A stretch of 62,930 nucleotides of DNA, filler included, from Octopus bimaculoides (taxonomy: Eukaryota): assembly GCF_001194135.2 (NCBI RefSeq). It is 9 parts of 9 records of this genome, joined end to end, with 100 filler letters (N's around TTAATTAATTAA, not from the genome) between each part and the next. Parts side by side here need not be neighbours in the genome. Positions count along the whole stretch, not along the records: positions 1 to 16,049 come from NC_068993.1; 8 more parts are not named here. One strand, written 5' to 3'. The translations under genes were made by a program, and so were the position numbers. Numbering within the stretch: the stretch's first letter is position 1; the number at the start of each line of letters is the position of its first letter. This document shows positions 1-13,865 of the stretch, one piece after another. The notes below the pieces were generated by a model. That model ran no database searches. It was not told where the DNA came from and saw only the letters and a list, made by a program, of their open reading frames with translations.

Positions 1-529
1 ATCTCTTCAGTTATCCAGCCATTGAAAATTCCTTTGATAAATGACTGTTAAAAACAAAGGGGAATAAACAAAGGGAAATTTCCTGTGTAGCGTCTAAAAC
101 TGCGTATATCATACACGCACGCACATATCTCAATGTACGCACGTATATATCTACATACGCACGCATCCACGCGCACACTCACAAGCGCGCACATATAAAG
201 CTCCCTGTACGTGTCTATAAGCGTACGGAAAAAAGTTTGGAGGGGAGAAAACAGAAAACTATACGTGGAAAAATACAAAAAACACATTATCCCTATAACT
301 ATGTAAAAAACATAAAAATAATTAAAAATATATATAAGTATATAAAAATATAAAAATATAAAATTCAGGTAAAAAGTGAAAAACTTATGCATAGACACAA
401 TATGGAAGCCTATCAGTGCTGCCCATCAGCACAAATATTAAAAATATTAAAATATATATATATAAAGTATAAGTAATAATTTATAGAGAGACACAAAAAA
501 GTAGAAAGTAAGTCCAATCTGTAACCTCA

Positions 530-1752
530 GGGGGACCAAAAACGTAGCAAATATTTGGTCACATGTGGACATGATCCGAAAAGTTCAGTCTTTGAATTTA
601 GACTGTGGTAGGGTCCAAGCTGCCTTTCCAGATGAGTCATCTTTCCATATCACATAGACCGCACCTTCCGCTGCCGCTGGTGTAGGGTTTACACCTGGCT
701 AAGATCTTCCAATGGATGTTGTAACTGACACCTTTATCTTTTAAAGACCATATACGACTGGATAATTTTGTCGTTTTTCTTTTGTCCCAGTGCTTAAAAC
801 TCAAAGTGTGATCATTGTATCTGGCCTTGAAATTACCCTCTGTGAGGCCCACATATTTCTTCGTGGAAACTGCGTTCTTAGTGGATACAGAATCTACGGT
901 GGCTCCATAAATGATGGTTTCGGACATGCAAACTCCATTTAGCGGGCACAAGTTTTTATCTCTGCGTGAACAGCTGGCTTCATATTGCGGCTTTTGTGTG
1001 TTGTGTGCGATTATGTTCTTAAAAGTAGCAGTTGAGCTGAAACTGATTTTTAAGTTATGTCTGTTGAAGATCTTCCTATAATTATGGTTAACTGGAAAGT
1101 GTCTGTCTATCATTGCCAAGAAATATCTGCCTATATTAAAGGTCATTCAGGTGAGTAGGGGTGTGTGAACCAGATGATTTTCCTATTTCTATGCTTTCTT
1201 CTTTTTGCTACTGGACTGGTGGTAGGCGTATACGTTATTCCCTCGTTAGAACCACTATCTTTTAGAGCCTTATTATATACTGGGGCAACGCTATTGAAAA
1301 TGTCCTTATCAGAGGAGAGGTTAGATATTCTTTTACTAATGTTCTTAACTAAATTTCTAAACACTATGGCGGGGATGGCAGGAACCCACATTGATGTAAC
1401 TAAGTCTATCGTTGGGCTTCCTATAAGGTTTATAAATATTCTTATTCAGATCTAGGGACACATCCAGGTAGTTGACGACCGTCAGGTTGGTATCTGTAGT
1501 TATACTAAGGCCGAAGGTTTTCATCAAATGGTTAATATTCTTTCTGAATATATCCTGTGCTGGTCCATTTGTATTAGCGGTTAAAGCTAGGGCATCATCT
1601 TTATAAATTGCGAAGTGTACGTTAGGAAAAGTCTTGCACAACGCATCTAGTAGGAATAGTCCAATAAGATCGCATATGCCTGCTCCATCGATGTAAGCAT
1701 GGGGTCATATGGAATTTTCAATGGCTGGATAACTGAAGAGATGTTGGAGTGG
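530..1752 (-). mobile_element. Degenerate Penelope-like retroelement (RT C-terminal part plus GIY-YIG endonuclease), frameshifted, 5' part lost in gap
   Basis: Successive minus-strand frames give an RT core (FAIYKDDAL...FGLSIT...VVNYLDVSLDL...YKPYRKPND..YIN..SCHP). They continue into a GIY-YIG domain (TIIYGATV...KKYVGLTEGNFKARYNDH...LSSRIWSLK...CKPY...CGLC) and a typical C-terminal LNSKTELFGSCPH. Confidence 0.9.
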
Positions 1753-2530
1753 NNNNNNNNNNNNNNNNNNNNNNNNNNNNNNNNNNNNNNNNNNNNNNNN
1801 NNNNNNNNNNNNNNNNNNNNNNNNNNNNNNNNNNNNNNNNNNNNNNNNNNNNNNNNNNNNNNNNNNNNNNNNNNNNNNNNNNNNNNNNNNNNNNNNNNNN
1901 NNNNNNNNNNNNNNNNNNNNNNNNNNNNNNNNNNNNNNNNNNNNNNNNNNNNNNNNNNNNNNNNNNNNNNNNNNNNNNNNNNNNNNNNNNNNNNNNNNNN
2001 NNNNNNNNNNNNNNNNNNNNNNNNNNNNNNNNNNNNNNNNNNNNNNNNNNNNNNNNNNNNNNNNNNNNNNNNNNNNNNNNNNNNNNNNNNNNNNNNNNNN
2101 NNNNNNNNNNNNNNNNNNNNNNNNNNNNNNNNNNNNNNNNNNNNNNNNNNNNNNNNNNNNNNNNNNNNNNNNNNNNNNNNNNNNNNNNNNNNNNNNNNNN
2201 NNNNNNNNNNNNNNNNNNNNNNNNNNNNNNNNNNNNNNNNNNNNNNNNNNNNNNNNNNNNNNNNNNNNNNNNNNNNNNNNNNNNNNNNNNNNNNNNNNNN
2301 NNNNNNNNNNNNNNNNNNNNNNNNNNNNNNNNNNNNNNNNNNNNNNNNNNNNNNNNNNNNNNNNNNNNNNNNNNNNNNNNNNNNNNNNNNNNNNNNNNNN
2401 NNNNNNNNNNNNNNNNNNNNNNNNNNNNNNNNNNNNNNNNNNNNNNNNNNNNNNNNNNNNNNNNNNNNNNNNNNNNNNNNNNNNNNNNNNNNNNNNNNNN
2501 NNNNNNNNNNNNNNNNNNNNNNNNNNNNNN

Positions 2531-2574
<44 letters not shown>

Positions 2575-3011
2575 GTGTGTGTGCATAGATAACATATAAC
2601 TATATAAGGTAAGCGTGTGTGTATGCCATCAAACTCACTAGGTTATTGCAAAAATATTTCATAGTGACAATCTATCAGAAAGTGAATCAAATGACGATTA
2701 AACAAACAACTCCTGGAGTATTGGAGAATTTTTCAAAATGTTATTTGAGCACCATATATTTGTATCTTCTGAAAAATGTCCAAAGAGGTGTTTCCTTATC
2801 ACTTTTCTTAACTTTGTGTTTGTATGTAGATATACCTCTCCTCCTCTCTTTTCCTTTCGTTCCTCTTTTTCTTTCTCTCTCTCTATCTATATAGATATAT
2901 ATGAGTGTATACGTGTGTATATGCATATATTTATGTATGTATATATAATTACACACGCACACACAGATATATTTGTATGTGTGTGTGTGTGTATGTGTGT
3001 GTACGAAAGAG

Positions 3012-3300
3012 CGTAGCTCTGTGGTTAGAATGCCGGGCTTACAATCATGAGGTAGTGAAGTAGAGATAATGAGTTCGATTCCCAGACCCAGCTGTACGTT
3101 GTGTTCTTGGGGAAGACACTTTATTTCACGTTGCTCCAGTTCACTCAGCTGTAGAACGTTACTGGTGCGAAACTGTATCGAGCTTTCTTTTCTCTTAGAC
3201 AACATTGGTGGCGTGGAGAGGGGAGGCTGGTAAGCATGGGCGACCGCTGGTCTTCCATGAACAACTTTGCTCGGACTTGTGACTCGGGGGGTAACTTTCA
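3012..3300 (+). mobile_element. tRNA-derived SINE (family C, CORE-like central segment)
   Basis: A-box-like GTAGCTCTGTGGTTAG and B-box GAGTTCGATTCCC, then gttgtgttcttggggaagacactttatttcacgttgctccagttcactcagctg. The same segment recurs at about 51190-51250 (+) and 52060-52130 (-). Confidence 0.7.
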
Positions 3301-3998
3301 ATGTGCACTTCTATGGTCATTCATCACCGAGTGGGGTGTCTTTACTCCTTTTTTTCTGTATATATATATATATATATATATATTATAGATTTGTATGTAA
3401 AAGTATATATATGTATATATATATTTGTATGTAAAAATATGTATGTATATATATATATATANNNNNNNNNNNNNNNNNNNNNNNNNNNNNNNNNNNNNNN
3501 NNNNNNNNNNNNNNNNNNNNNNNNNNNNNNNNNNNNNNNNNNNNNNNNNNNNNNNNNNNNNNNNNNNNNNNNNNNNNNNNNNNNNNNNNNNNNNNNNNNN
3601 NNNNNNNNNNNNNNNNNNNNNNNNNNNNNNNNNNNNNNNNNNNNNNNNNNNNNNNNNNNNNNNNNNNNNNNNNNNNNNNNNNNNNNNNNNNNNNNNNNNN
3701 NNNNNNNNNNNNNNNNNNNNNNNNNNNNNNNNNNNNNNNNNNNNNNNNNNNNNNNNNNNNNNNNNNNNNNNNNNNNNNNNNNNNNNNNNNNNNNNNNNNN
3801 NNNNNNATAATATATTTTTGAAATACCTTTCGTCTTTAGGTTGCTCCAAGGTTATTTTTACCAATTGTTTTCACATACAGCTTTCTTTTGATGAGCTATA
3901 CATCTTTTTCTAATTCATAAAAATGACTTCAAAAACTGATGCACCGTGTATATCGCTATCTCTGTTTCTAATAATCTATATATAAACAAACAAACAAA

Positions 3999-4034
<36 letters not shown>

Positions 4035-4069
4035 GAAAACCAATACACATATGTGTGTGTGTGTGTGTG

Positions 4070-4214
4070 AGAGCGCAGTGTGGTAAGAAGTTTGCTTCCC
4101 AACTACACGCTTCTGGGTTCAGTTACACTGCGTGGCATCTTGACGAATTTTCTTTTCCTATAGCCTCGGGCCAATCAAAGCCCTGGGAGTGGATTTTGTA
4201 GACGAAGTCCGTCA

Positions 4215-4277
<63 letters not shown>

Positions 4278-4505
4278 GTGGATGTGTACGCGTGCGTGTG
4301 TCTTCGTGTCAGTATTTGTCCCCACCGCCGCTTGTACAACCGGTGTTGGTGTGTTTATATCTCCGTCACTTAACGGTTCGGAAAAAAACCGGCTGAATAA
4401 GTTACAGGTTTGAAAGATAAGTACTGGGGTCGATTAATGCGACTAATATTCTTCAAGATGGTGCCCCAGCATGGCCGTAGTCAAATGACTGAAATAAGTA
4501 AAATA
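4070..4505 (+). mobile_element. tRNA-derived SINE family A, full length with internal (TCTA)n
   Basis: Head gtggtaagaagtttgcttcccaac...gggttcagt, central microsatellite, and 3' tail gcatggccgtagtcaaatgactgaaataagtaaaa. Matches the copies at 36526-36880 and 62753-62930. Confidence 0.8.
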
Positions 4506-6049
4506 AAAAAAAAAAGAAATCTATCCACATAAATAATGTGAGTGTGTATGCACGTGTGTATAATACAATTCAATATAATATAATGTGTGTGTGTATACGT
4601 GTATTGTATGTTCATGTGTGCATGTATTGTGTGTGTGTGTATTGTGTGTGTTGTTTCTACAAATATACATCCTTTGATCAAAGCTACCGCTTAGGCTTTG
4701 ATGGTATACAACTTCAAATTATGAGCGGATAAAGGAGATTATTTAAAAGGTTGCAAAATAGCTGTTGTTGAATGGCAACAGAATGCCTATTGAAATAGGA
4801 ATGTGAGGCCTTTGCATAACTCTACTCAGATATTTATTGAGCCAAGCCTTTGGTACGTGAATCAAGTGCAAGAAATATTGCAGAAAAAAATTCCATGTCG
4901 CCGAAGTTTATCGAAATACGAATGATATAACGTAAGTTACCTATTACTACACTATTAGGAATTGGTAAAATCCAGTCCTCTAATAAGTTTGTTGTATTTA
5001 ATATTTGTTTGTTATTAAACGCTTTTGACTGTTTCTTTAAAATATGAGGATTATCGTTGTTTTGTTCTTTGTTATTTTCATGTCAACCCTGACCGAATGA
5101 AACTTGGATTAAAGGCATTCCAGCCGTGACCGCGGTATTTAGTATTTTGTAGTCGCAGTGTGACCGGAAGGTGCAGGTGTTTGCTTCTCAGTCACAAGGT
5201 CCAGTGTTCAATCTTACTGCGTAGCAGTTTGGGCAAGCCTTGAGGGTGAAGTTAGGTGCATGGAAACTGTGAGGAAGCCCTCGGTTGGACTAGATTATAA
5301 TATAATGCAATGATCCAACCTTGTTACACTGTGTGATGCTGATTCTACTTGAGAATTACATTAATGATATACGTGTCTGTGTAATTCTCGGTCACTTGCC
5401 CTCTAATTCAATAGGCTCGTGGTTCTCTTGATAAAACAACTGAAAACTCTATTTTCGTGTATTAAGGAGTACCATATCGAATGTGTGCTTCCGTTTTAAG
5501 GGGGTAGATGGTGATTTGAAGGTAAGTTGGCTGCTATTTTTAGCTGGTTAACCTACTGGATACAGATTTGCTCATGCTGATACTCAGTCCAGATTTAATC
5601 TAGCAAACTTATGACAAAAGGTATTGTCGCCATGTTAATCTATCTCCTTTTGGAGGAATAGTGTATCGAGGGTTACATTATCCAACGTGTTCTAAATTCA
5701 GTACAGTATAATTTCAAGGAAATTTGGCTGCCATTTCTGGAAGGTTAAACGACTTCACACAAAGACTATATTGTCTCTAAAATTCATAGATGATGAAACT
5801 AATTCCAAAATTACACATTGCTAATTGAATTATTTATTGTAGTCCTATTGACTTTATTTTGAACGCCGGTATGCAAAAAGATTATGAAGAATTGCAGAAA
5901 GAAAAAGCAGATAAAAGTCCTTTGATAAGGAATATGTTGTTGTAGGGTGCCGTGTACTTTGGCAGAAGTTAGGAGGATAAATAAAGAATAAAATATAAAC
6001 GCAGACATGCATACAGACTCTCATACACACCCGTACACACGCGGGAAAA

Positions 6050-6053
6050 CACA

Positions 6054-6125
<72 letters not shown>
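6050..6125. repeat. (CA)n microsatellite at the 3' end of an RTE LINE
   Basis: About 35 CA units, read directly. Confidence 0.95.
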
Positions 6126-6130
<5 letters not shown>

Positions 6131-6139
6131 ACACTATGT

Positions 6140-8950
6140 ATAGATATACATATCTCTAAACCTGTATCATTCAGACCATCGCACGCTGCCATACATCGCT
6201 GGTCACTGTGCGTTTCCAATTCTTTCTTGATTGCGCAATTATTTTCCATCTCGGCTAAAGTCGTTTAACTAGATCATCTTCCCCCCTATTGTCTGTGAAC
6301 CTTGCGACATGTCCAGCTTAGCGGAACTTGTGCTTTCGGTATTCAGTCCTCTCCGTTCTCGGATTATTTCATTTTGGATATGCTCTCATAATAATATTCC
6401 TAGCAAGGCTCTTTGCATCGTATCCAATCGATGTTCTCTCTTCGTTGTAGCCCATCTCCTACTTGCGTACAGTTGGATACATGGTCTTGTTCGCTTTGCT
6501 TTGAGTGCATTCTTAATTGGAGTAAACGCATTTCATCCTGCCCTTATACTCTTATTTTCATGCATTTCCTTTTAGACCTACTGCTGATGCTGAGCTATGG
6601 GTGTTCAGATCTGCTAGCATGGTCTGTAGGTGATCTATGGTTTCGACGATAAATACAATGTCAGCTGAGAATCGGAGGTTTGTTAATTGCTCGCAGTTGA
6701 TGTTCACGCCGTTCACCTTGTCAATGGTTCTGATTACCATTTCTAGAATGCGGTAAAGAGATTAGGTGAGAAGAAATCTCCTTGTTTGACTCCCTTCCTA
6801 ATTTGAACTCTCATTCGTGGCGATAGTAAAGCTATATCAGTGGTTCATCCGGAATTCGCATCCTGAGCAGTTTAAGTATACTACGCCTTGATACACTGTA
6901 TTTCAAAAGATTTTAGCATTGCATTCATCTCGACGGTATCGAAGGCAATTTTGTATTCGACAAAAGCGATGCACAGAGACAGTTTGTATTCTTTCGCTCG
7001 TTCTATAAGCAGGGTGAATACTTGCTACATAGTGATTATGTAGAAATCTACTTGCTCCTTTCTATATGTTTCGGTAGTCTGGTAACTATGACTGTGCAAA
7101 TAACGTATAGAGGTGAGAGAAGAGACATATGAGGCAATATTTCTGTTAGATCTTCTTTATCACTCTTCTTAAGAAGCAAGAGGATTTTTGACTCTTTCCA
7201 CAGCAAAGGTATTTCATCGCAACTCAAGATAGCGAACGAAGTATAGAATAAGAGAAAAACAACTTGTTTTAAATCTCTGAGCAAGAGATATACAGTAACA
7301 GTACCGAATAGTAAAGTTTATTTGCCAAGAGAATGTGACAGTCCTGGAGCTAAAACAACAATAACATCGCCCTGGCAAGAGATGGGAGCGAGGGCCTCCC
7401 TTGAAAATGCTATACGGACACACACTGTGTGTCGATAGCCAGCTCGAAAAGATGTTTTCCTGGGGCTAAGTCAACACTAACATCGTCCTTTATAGGACTG
7501 CCATATTCTGTTGGCAAATAAACTTTACTATAGAACAAGAATTTTTCCACAATTCTTCACCTCCGCACCTTAACATCTCTGTTATTATTCCATCTTTTCC
7601 TGGGGCTTAGTTTGCTTTCATCAGCTTTAGGGTATTTACAATTTCACTGCCCAAAATAGAAGGCACTTCTTTAAGCATTCGTAATCTTCTTCAATCTAAA
7701 ACCCTCGAAATCATTTTGCCCGATCGCTTTGCAGAGATCGGAATACACAGGTGATCTTTCAAGTTGCTGTTCATAGTTTTCCGTTTCTCTAGTATTTCTT
7801 TCGTCTCCTTCTAGATTCTTCTGTTGGTCTCTTGCTGGCATGCAGTTCTCGCCTTTCAGGAACGGCTTCAAATTTTCTGGATCAGAGAATTGTAGTCTTC
7901 ATAAACCTCTTAATGCTAACTCCAAACTAGCCTCGTGATAGTGTCCTGAAACTGCATCGCATCAAATTTCGTGAGGCGTGGATTCTTTGTCGAGATGTCC
8001 AGAGCCTGCTCTCTGATTTGGCTGATCACGTTCTTAACCCGTAGCAAGTGATGAACGCTACTGAGACGTGCTGCAGTCTGTAACATTTTCCGAGTTGAAT
8101 GAAATACTGAAATCTCTGGTAAAGCAAGTTGTCAACCAATTTTATTTTTGTACCGAGCGTTTGCTACTATGTAGATTCTTCTTTCAGATTCCTGTGTGAA
8201 CAGGCTGTTCCCAGTATAAATGCTTCTTGTTTCTGCCATGACACTCAAACTTTTTATTTTCTTATTTCTCCCTCCCGATCCAAGCTTTCCATCATAGTTC
8301 TTTCCCTGCCGTCCATTTCCCACCCTTTACGATGGAATCTCCCATCACTACAGCGTCAGGGGATTTGTGAGCTAGTGCTTTCTATAACGCTTAGTGGAAT
8401 TCTTCCACTCCATCATCTTTTCAAGCATTTGCGGGATCATGGGTATGGATGATGTTCAGGGCGGCATTTCCTGAAAGACGAGTGTTTAGCATTTCAATGC
8501 GTGACGAAGACAATTGGTAGGGAACTAGTTTAAAAGTCTATTCTTTGCTTACAACGAACCATATATCGTATGTTTCTCTTGCACCGTACGTTTTTCCCAC
8601 TCTCAGCATACTTTTATCTGCTCATCTCACATTTCTTTCTTTCCTTCCCATGTTTCTCAGAGCTATGGAACATTGCAGTTTTTCTTTTTCTCCTCCATGA
8701 GATGGGTCATTTCAGTTTTCATTGCTACAGACATGCAGTTGTAGTTACATATGGGAAGGGTAGTTATCCCATTCCTGAGATACTTAGCAGCCTCAGGTCG
8801 CTCGAATTTCGCTCTGCCGGCATGGTGCAGTCGGACTGACCGGCAGGTTACTGAGTTCCATATCTTCGAATTGTCGTAGCTTTCAGATAAAGCCATCCTC
8901 CTTGGTTGGGCGGGCAGGCCAAGATTGCCTCTTCTGTTTAAATAGCTTTC
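6140..8950 (-). mobile_element. Old, near full-length RTE-clade LINE relic (APE plus RT), many stops and frameshifts
   Basis: Minus-strand fragments: APE-like GNSLFTQESERRIYIVANARYKNKIG; RT-like IPLLWKESKILLLLKKSDKEDL, LCIAFVEYKIAFDTVE and INCEQLTNLRFSADIV (decayed LRFADD); C-terminal HSDQR.MAACDG. Confidence 0.8.
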
Positions 8951-9774
8951 AACTTCTAGTAGATACAGCGTGCCATTATCATGTATTTGGAAATTTAATT
9001 TTTGTGGGGTGGGCTGTGTATGCTGAATACAGTACGTTCTTAATTTTTGATATTTTCTAGCAGTTAAAGAAAAGATAATCGCGAGTGTTTTTGTATATAA
9101 CTGGTATTGTGAATTATGTTTTACAGAGTACTCAATACATGATGGCCTATCCTCTCAGGAAGATATTACATGTTTAATGTACAATACATAATGAGCCATT
9201 TTCACTTTATGTCTGATATTATTTTGTTCTTAATACTATTTGAAAACAAAATATATCTCTGGTTTCCTGACATTCAGCAGATAGAGAATGATGAAACGCT
9301 ACAGAAAATCCAGTTAATAGTACGAAAAATTCTCCGAAAATATTACTAATATTTGACGAGCTCATAAAATAAAAAAGTCTAGAGTTACAGGTTCTGCTAT
9401 CGAACGCGAAGAAATATTGGATCAAATCATCTGACATGCAAAGCAATAGAGAAAATTGGCAAATTTTGCTCTTATGTATGGTCTATTTTTTTATTACTGA
9501 GGTTTTTAATGATTGGATGCCTTTCCTATCACCAGCTACTTTACAGCCTGATTTGAACACAAGAACTATCTATAGTTCTGGACACGTAATATTTTGCCCA
9601 TTGGCTAGCGCCATGTGATGCAAACTTTTTTAGTAGTACAGGGAAGAAAATTTATATAAAATTCATTAGAAGAAATAAAACCATAAAACGACGTATTATT
9701 TAAGTGTGGAATGATTTTCAATTTCAGTTCCCTATTATATATCTAACTTGTGAGCGCGGAACTGTGTTGTTTTT

Positions 9775-10075
9775 GTTGTGTTGTTCTTTCTCGAGCCATG
9801 TCTGGCTCATAAGGGCCAGTTTTCCCAGTTTCATTGGCGTATAGGCTCCCTGCCTGGACGGGACGCCGGTCCGTCTCAGGTGAGCTGCTAGGTGCATGAG
9901 GAAAGAGTGAGAGAAAGTTGTAGAGAAAGAGTCAGCAGAAGTTCACCATTACCTTCTGCCGGAGCCGCGTGGAGCTTAGATATTTCGCTCATAAACACAC
10001 ACACCGCCCGGTCTGAAATTCGAACCCACTATCCCTCGGCCGCCTGTCCGCTGCTCTAACCATGTGACTCCACGC
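9775..10075 (-). mobile_element. tRNA-derived SINE (distinct family)
   Basis: The reverse complement has a tRNA-like head (ggttagagcagcggac...gggttcgaatttcagacc) and a tail gcgtcccgtccagg...gaaactggg...catggctcgagaaagaacaac. Confidence 0.65.
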
Positions 10076-11502
10076 GAAACTGAGTGTTTTACATTATTTA
10101 GATTTGCTTATTTAAGTTTTGAGATCAAAGACCTGCTTAGATCGATTTATCATTAATCCACCCCTCCACCATTATTAGGTGAAGGGGTTGATAAAATAAT
10201 TAATTACTAGCTATATAGTGAAAGATATCACATTGATTACATAAATTTCAATTAAAATTGCTTCTAAAAGGAGAACGTCTTAAGAAAAAATTTTTAAATT
10301 TAATTTCGAAATGTAAATGTTAAGAAAACAGACAATTGAATATTTTTTTAGACAATATCTTCACCCTGTGGTAAAAAATATTTAAGACGTTATTTGTTGA
10401 GTCGGTTTATTTTTCAGATAAATGGTTTCCTGTATAACATTTTGAAGCTATTAAATGTTCAAAATTGATTATTGAACGAAAAATAAAAAGTAAACTAGAA
10501 AGTAACGAAGTGAGGAAAAAAGTGGGTGCTAGATTGAAAGAAAAATACAGGGGATGGATTTTTGTAGTTCTTTAATTTTGAATCTGAAGTTTTAAATGCG
10601 ATTTCTCATCAGCAGAAATTAACATACAGAATATTGGCTTCTTTTATACAAAGCTGAACTACATTTTAAAGGGAAGTTTGTGACATTACTGGCTTTCGAA
10701 TAAAAAGGAACATTAACCTTATATAACAAGCAAAACAAGTAGACAACCTCGCAGTGCCCGGAATCTACCTCTTGTTTCTTGATGTTCGCTAGTCATACGT
10801 AATAGGCAAATGGAAACACTTTATACAAGTGCGGTGTATTCGAGTGGCTCAATCAAATTATATTACTGGTAAACATTTTATTGACTCGAGTCAAGAAATT
10901 AGAGTGGATGACCATCGCTGGAAAGCCTTTCGTTAGCTGGATAGCCTCTGTTTAGTCACAGCTGATTTGGACCTAAACAACAACTGCCGCTGCCGCCGCC
11001 ACTGCCACCACCACCGCCACCAGCGTTTTTGTTAACAAGGCTGTTGGTCAAAAAGCAAAAATATATATATAACTGCAATGACCAGTAAGAACTGTTTTTG
11101 TATCAACTCTATTTTCAATGCCAATTTATGCAAAAGTTCTATGTGAAAAGTTACGTTATATTTACAGTTTTAAAACATTAGAATGGTACTTGTTCAGATC
11201 TGCATCAAAAGTGCACTCTTACATTGTGTGTCTGCAAAGCGTTGTGTTTTGCTTGTATCAAGAGGCAACAAAAAGTACAAAATAAAACTAAAATTGTGAA
11301 ACAAACGGACAAGGCAATTACTATATCAATACTGAACCAGATCGAAATATGGTTAGCAGACGAAATAGCAGAAGAAAGAGAAGAATATTATCACCATTCT
11401 TCTTTTTATTGTTATTTTCTCTATTACTATTATTATCATTAAAAATAGAAATATTACATTTCCAAATCTCTCAGAAAAAGATTTGCAGTAACTGCACGAT
11501 TA

Positions 11503-11661
11503 AGTGATGGCTTGTTGCCAACATAGAGTTGCAGTCCCCAGAAAGGGAGGAATGCTACTGTTATTCTAACCAGCTGGAAACGATATCTCTTGGGGCTAAA
11601 TAACAGTAACATTCTTCCCTTTCCTGGGACTGCCACATTATGTTGGCAACAAGCTATCACT
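11503..11661. mobile_element. Fold-back/MITE-like palindrome with about 65-bp arms
   Basis: Left arm agtgatggcttgttgccaacata..gcagtcccc agaaaggga ggaatg ctactgttatt pairs with right arm aataacagtaacattcttcccttcctgggactgc..tatgttggcaacaagctatcact. Confidence 0.8.
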
Positions 11662-11689
11662 TTATTATTATCATTATTATTGGGAACAA

Positions 11690-11860
11690 TGCTTCGCAGC
11701 ATTTCGTCCGTCTTCTCGTTCTGAATTCAAATTCCGTCGAGGTCGACTTTGCCTTTCATCATTTCGGGGTTGATTAAATAAGTACCAGTTACGCACTGGG
11801 GTCTATGTAATCGTCTTAGTCTCTTCCCCCAAATTTGAGGCCTTGTGCTTCCAGTAAAAA
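11690..11860 (+). mobile_element. SINE family B fragment
   Basis: gtcgactttgcctttcatcatttcggggttgattaaataagtaccag motif, also at 36260-36320 (+) and about 34960-35240 (-). Confidence 0.7.
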
Positions 11861-11951
11861 GAATTATAACTATTACGTATTTATATATCTACAATATTTA
11901 TATACTCACTTTTCCGTAACTTATTACCAGCGACATTGGGGTTACTTTCTT

Positions 11952-12012
11952 TTTCTTCTTCTTCTTCTTCTTCTTCTTCTTCTTCTTCTTCTTCTTCTTC
12001 TTCTTCTTCTTC
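11952..12012. repeat. (CTT)n microsatellite
   Basis: Read directly; it explains the poly-Leu ORF. Confidence 0.95.
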
Positions 12013-12573
12013 TCCTATCCTTTCTCATATCCCCTCCTCCCGCCTTTGCTTCTTCATCTCCTAACTATATTTTTATCTGTTTTGGTATTGACATTGTGTT
12101 TGCCCTGTCCGTCTTTTCACAAATTTATTTTCATTTTTATCTTTATACCTTATGTTGCCTCTTGATACAAGCAAAACACAACACTTAACAGATGCACTTT
12201 GTAACAGCGCACTTAGATGCAGATGTGAACAAGTACCACTGTAATCTTTTAAAACAGCAAATATTACATAACTCTTCGCATGAAATTTTTGCGTAAATTG
12301 ACGTTGACAACAGAGTGGCTAAAGAAACAATTGTTACCAGCCATTAAAGATGTGATAAATTCTTTCTTTGTCTTCCCATTTGAATTACACTTTACTCTTC
12401 ACAAAACCTACGTAACGGCTTTAACCGTTGTGACACCCGGATTTTCTGTACCTGAAGAATAACTTCGACCTTAATTAAGACAACAATCCTCAAGTTTAGA
12501 CAAGCTAAAAATCAGGTTGAGTGCTGCATTGGAAATACTCCATCTCTCTACTCTTCCATTGTATGTATGTATG

Positions 12574-12607
<34 letters not shown>

Positions 12608-12758
12608 TACACACATATGTATATATATATATATATATATACATACATGCACACATACATACATACATATATACATACATATATATATATATATATCTAT
12701 ATATACATACATAAACATGTATGTGTATATATGCGTATATATGTATATATATATTTAT

Positions 12759-12789
<31 letters not shown>

Positions 12790-13826
12790 GACCAGTCACT
12801 CTTTACAACACCTGTCAGTGTTCGGATTGTCCTTGTACAGGTGCCATCCGGACTCTCGTCTTCGTTGTGAGCAGGGATTAATCTTCTCTCTTCGTTCCTT
12901 TGCATCACATGGGCTCAACTCTCCTCCCCTCTTCATCTAACCTTCCTCCTCTCATGCTCTGGCACCAACTTCCTCTCTCCACTCCTATCTACCTTCTCCG
13001 TTCCACCCTCTCCCTTCATTGTCACCCTCCCTGGTTAACGACCCCTACACATTCCCACCCCATCATCCCTCTACATCCCACCCCACCCCTCCCTTAGACT
13101 CTACACTTGCTTCCCCCACTCTCGCCTTCCCACATACCAACACCCCCACACCACACACAACCACACTACACACCACCATACCACACNNNNNNNNNNNNNN
13201 NNNNNNNNNNNNNNNNNNNNNNNNNNNNNNNNNNNNNNNNNNNNNNNNNNNNNNNNNNNNNNNNNNNNNNNNNNNNNNNNNNNNNNNNNNNNNNNNNNNN
13301 NNNNNNNNNNNNNNNNNNNNNNNNNNNNNNNNNNNNNNNNNNNNNNNNNNNNNNNNNNNNNNNNNNNNNNNNNNNNNNNNNNNNNNNNNNNNNNNNNNNN
13401 NNNNNNNNNNNNNNNNNNNNNNNNNNNNNNNNNNNNNNNNNNNNNNNNNNNNNNNNNNNNNNNNNNNNNNNNNNNNNNNNNNNNNNNNNNNNNNNNNNNN
13501 NNNNNNNNNNNNNNNNNNNNNNNNNNNNNNNNNNNNNNNNNNNNNNNNNNNNNNNNNNNNNNNNNNNNNNNNNNNNNNNNNNNNNNNNNNNNNNNNNNNN
13601 NNNNNNNNNNNNNNNNNNNNNNNNNNNNNNNNNNNNNNNNNNNNNNNNNNNNNNNNNNNNNNNNNNNNNNNNNNNNNNNNNNNNNNNNNNNNNNNNNNNN
13701 NNNNNNNNNNNNNNNNNNNNNNNNNNNNNNNNNNNNNNNNNNNNNNNNNNNNNNNNNNNNNNNNNNNNNNNNNNNNNNNNNNNNNNNNNNNNNNNNNNNN
13801 NNNNNNNNNNNNNNNNNNNNNNNNNN

Positions 13827-13865
<39 letters not shown>

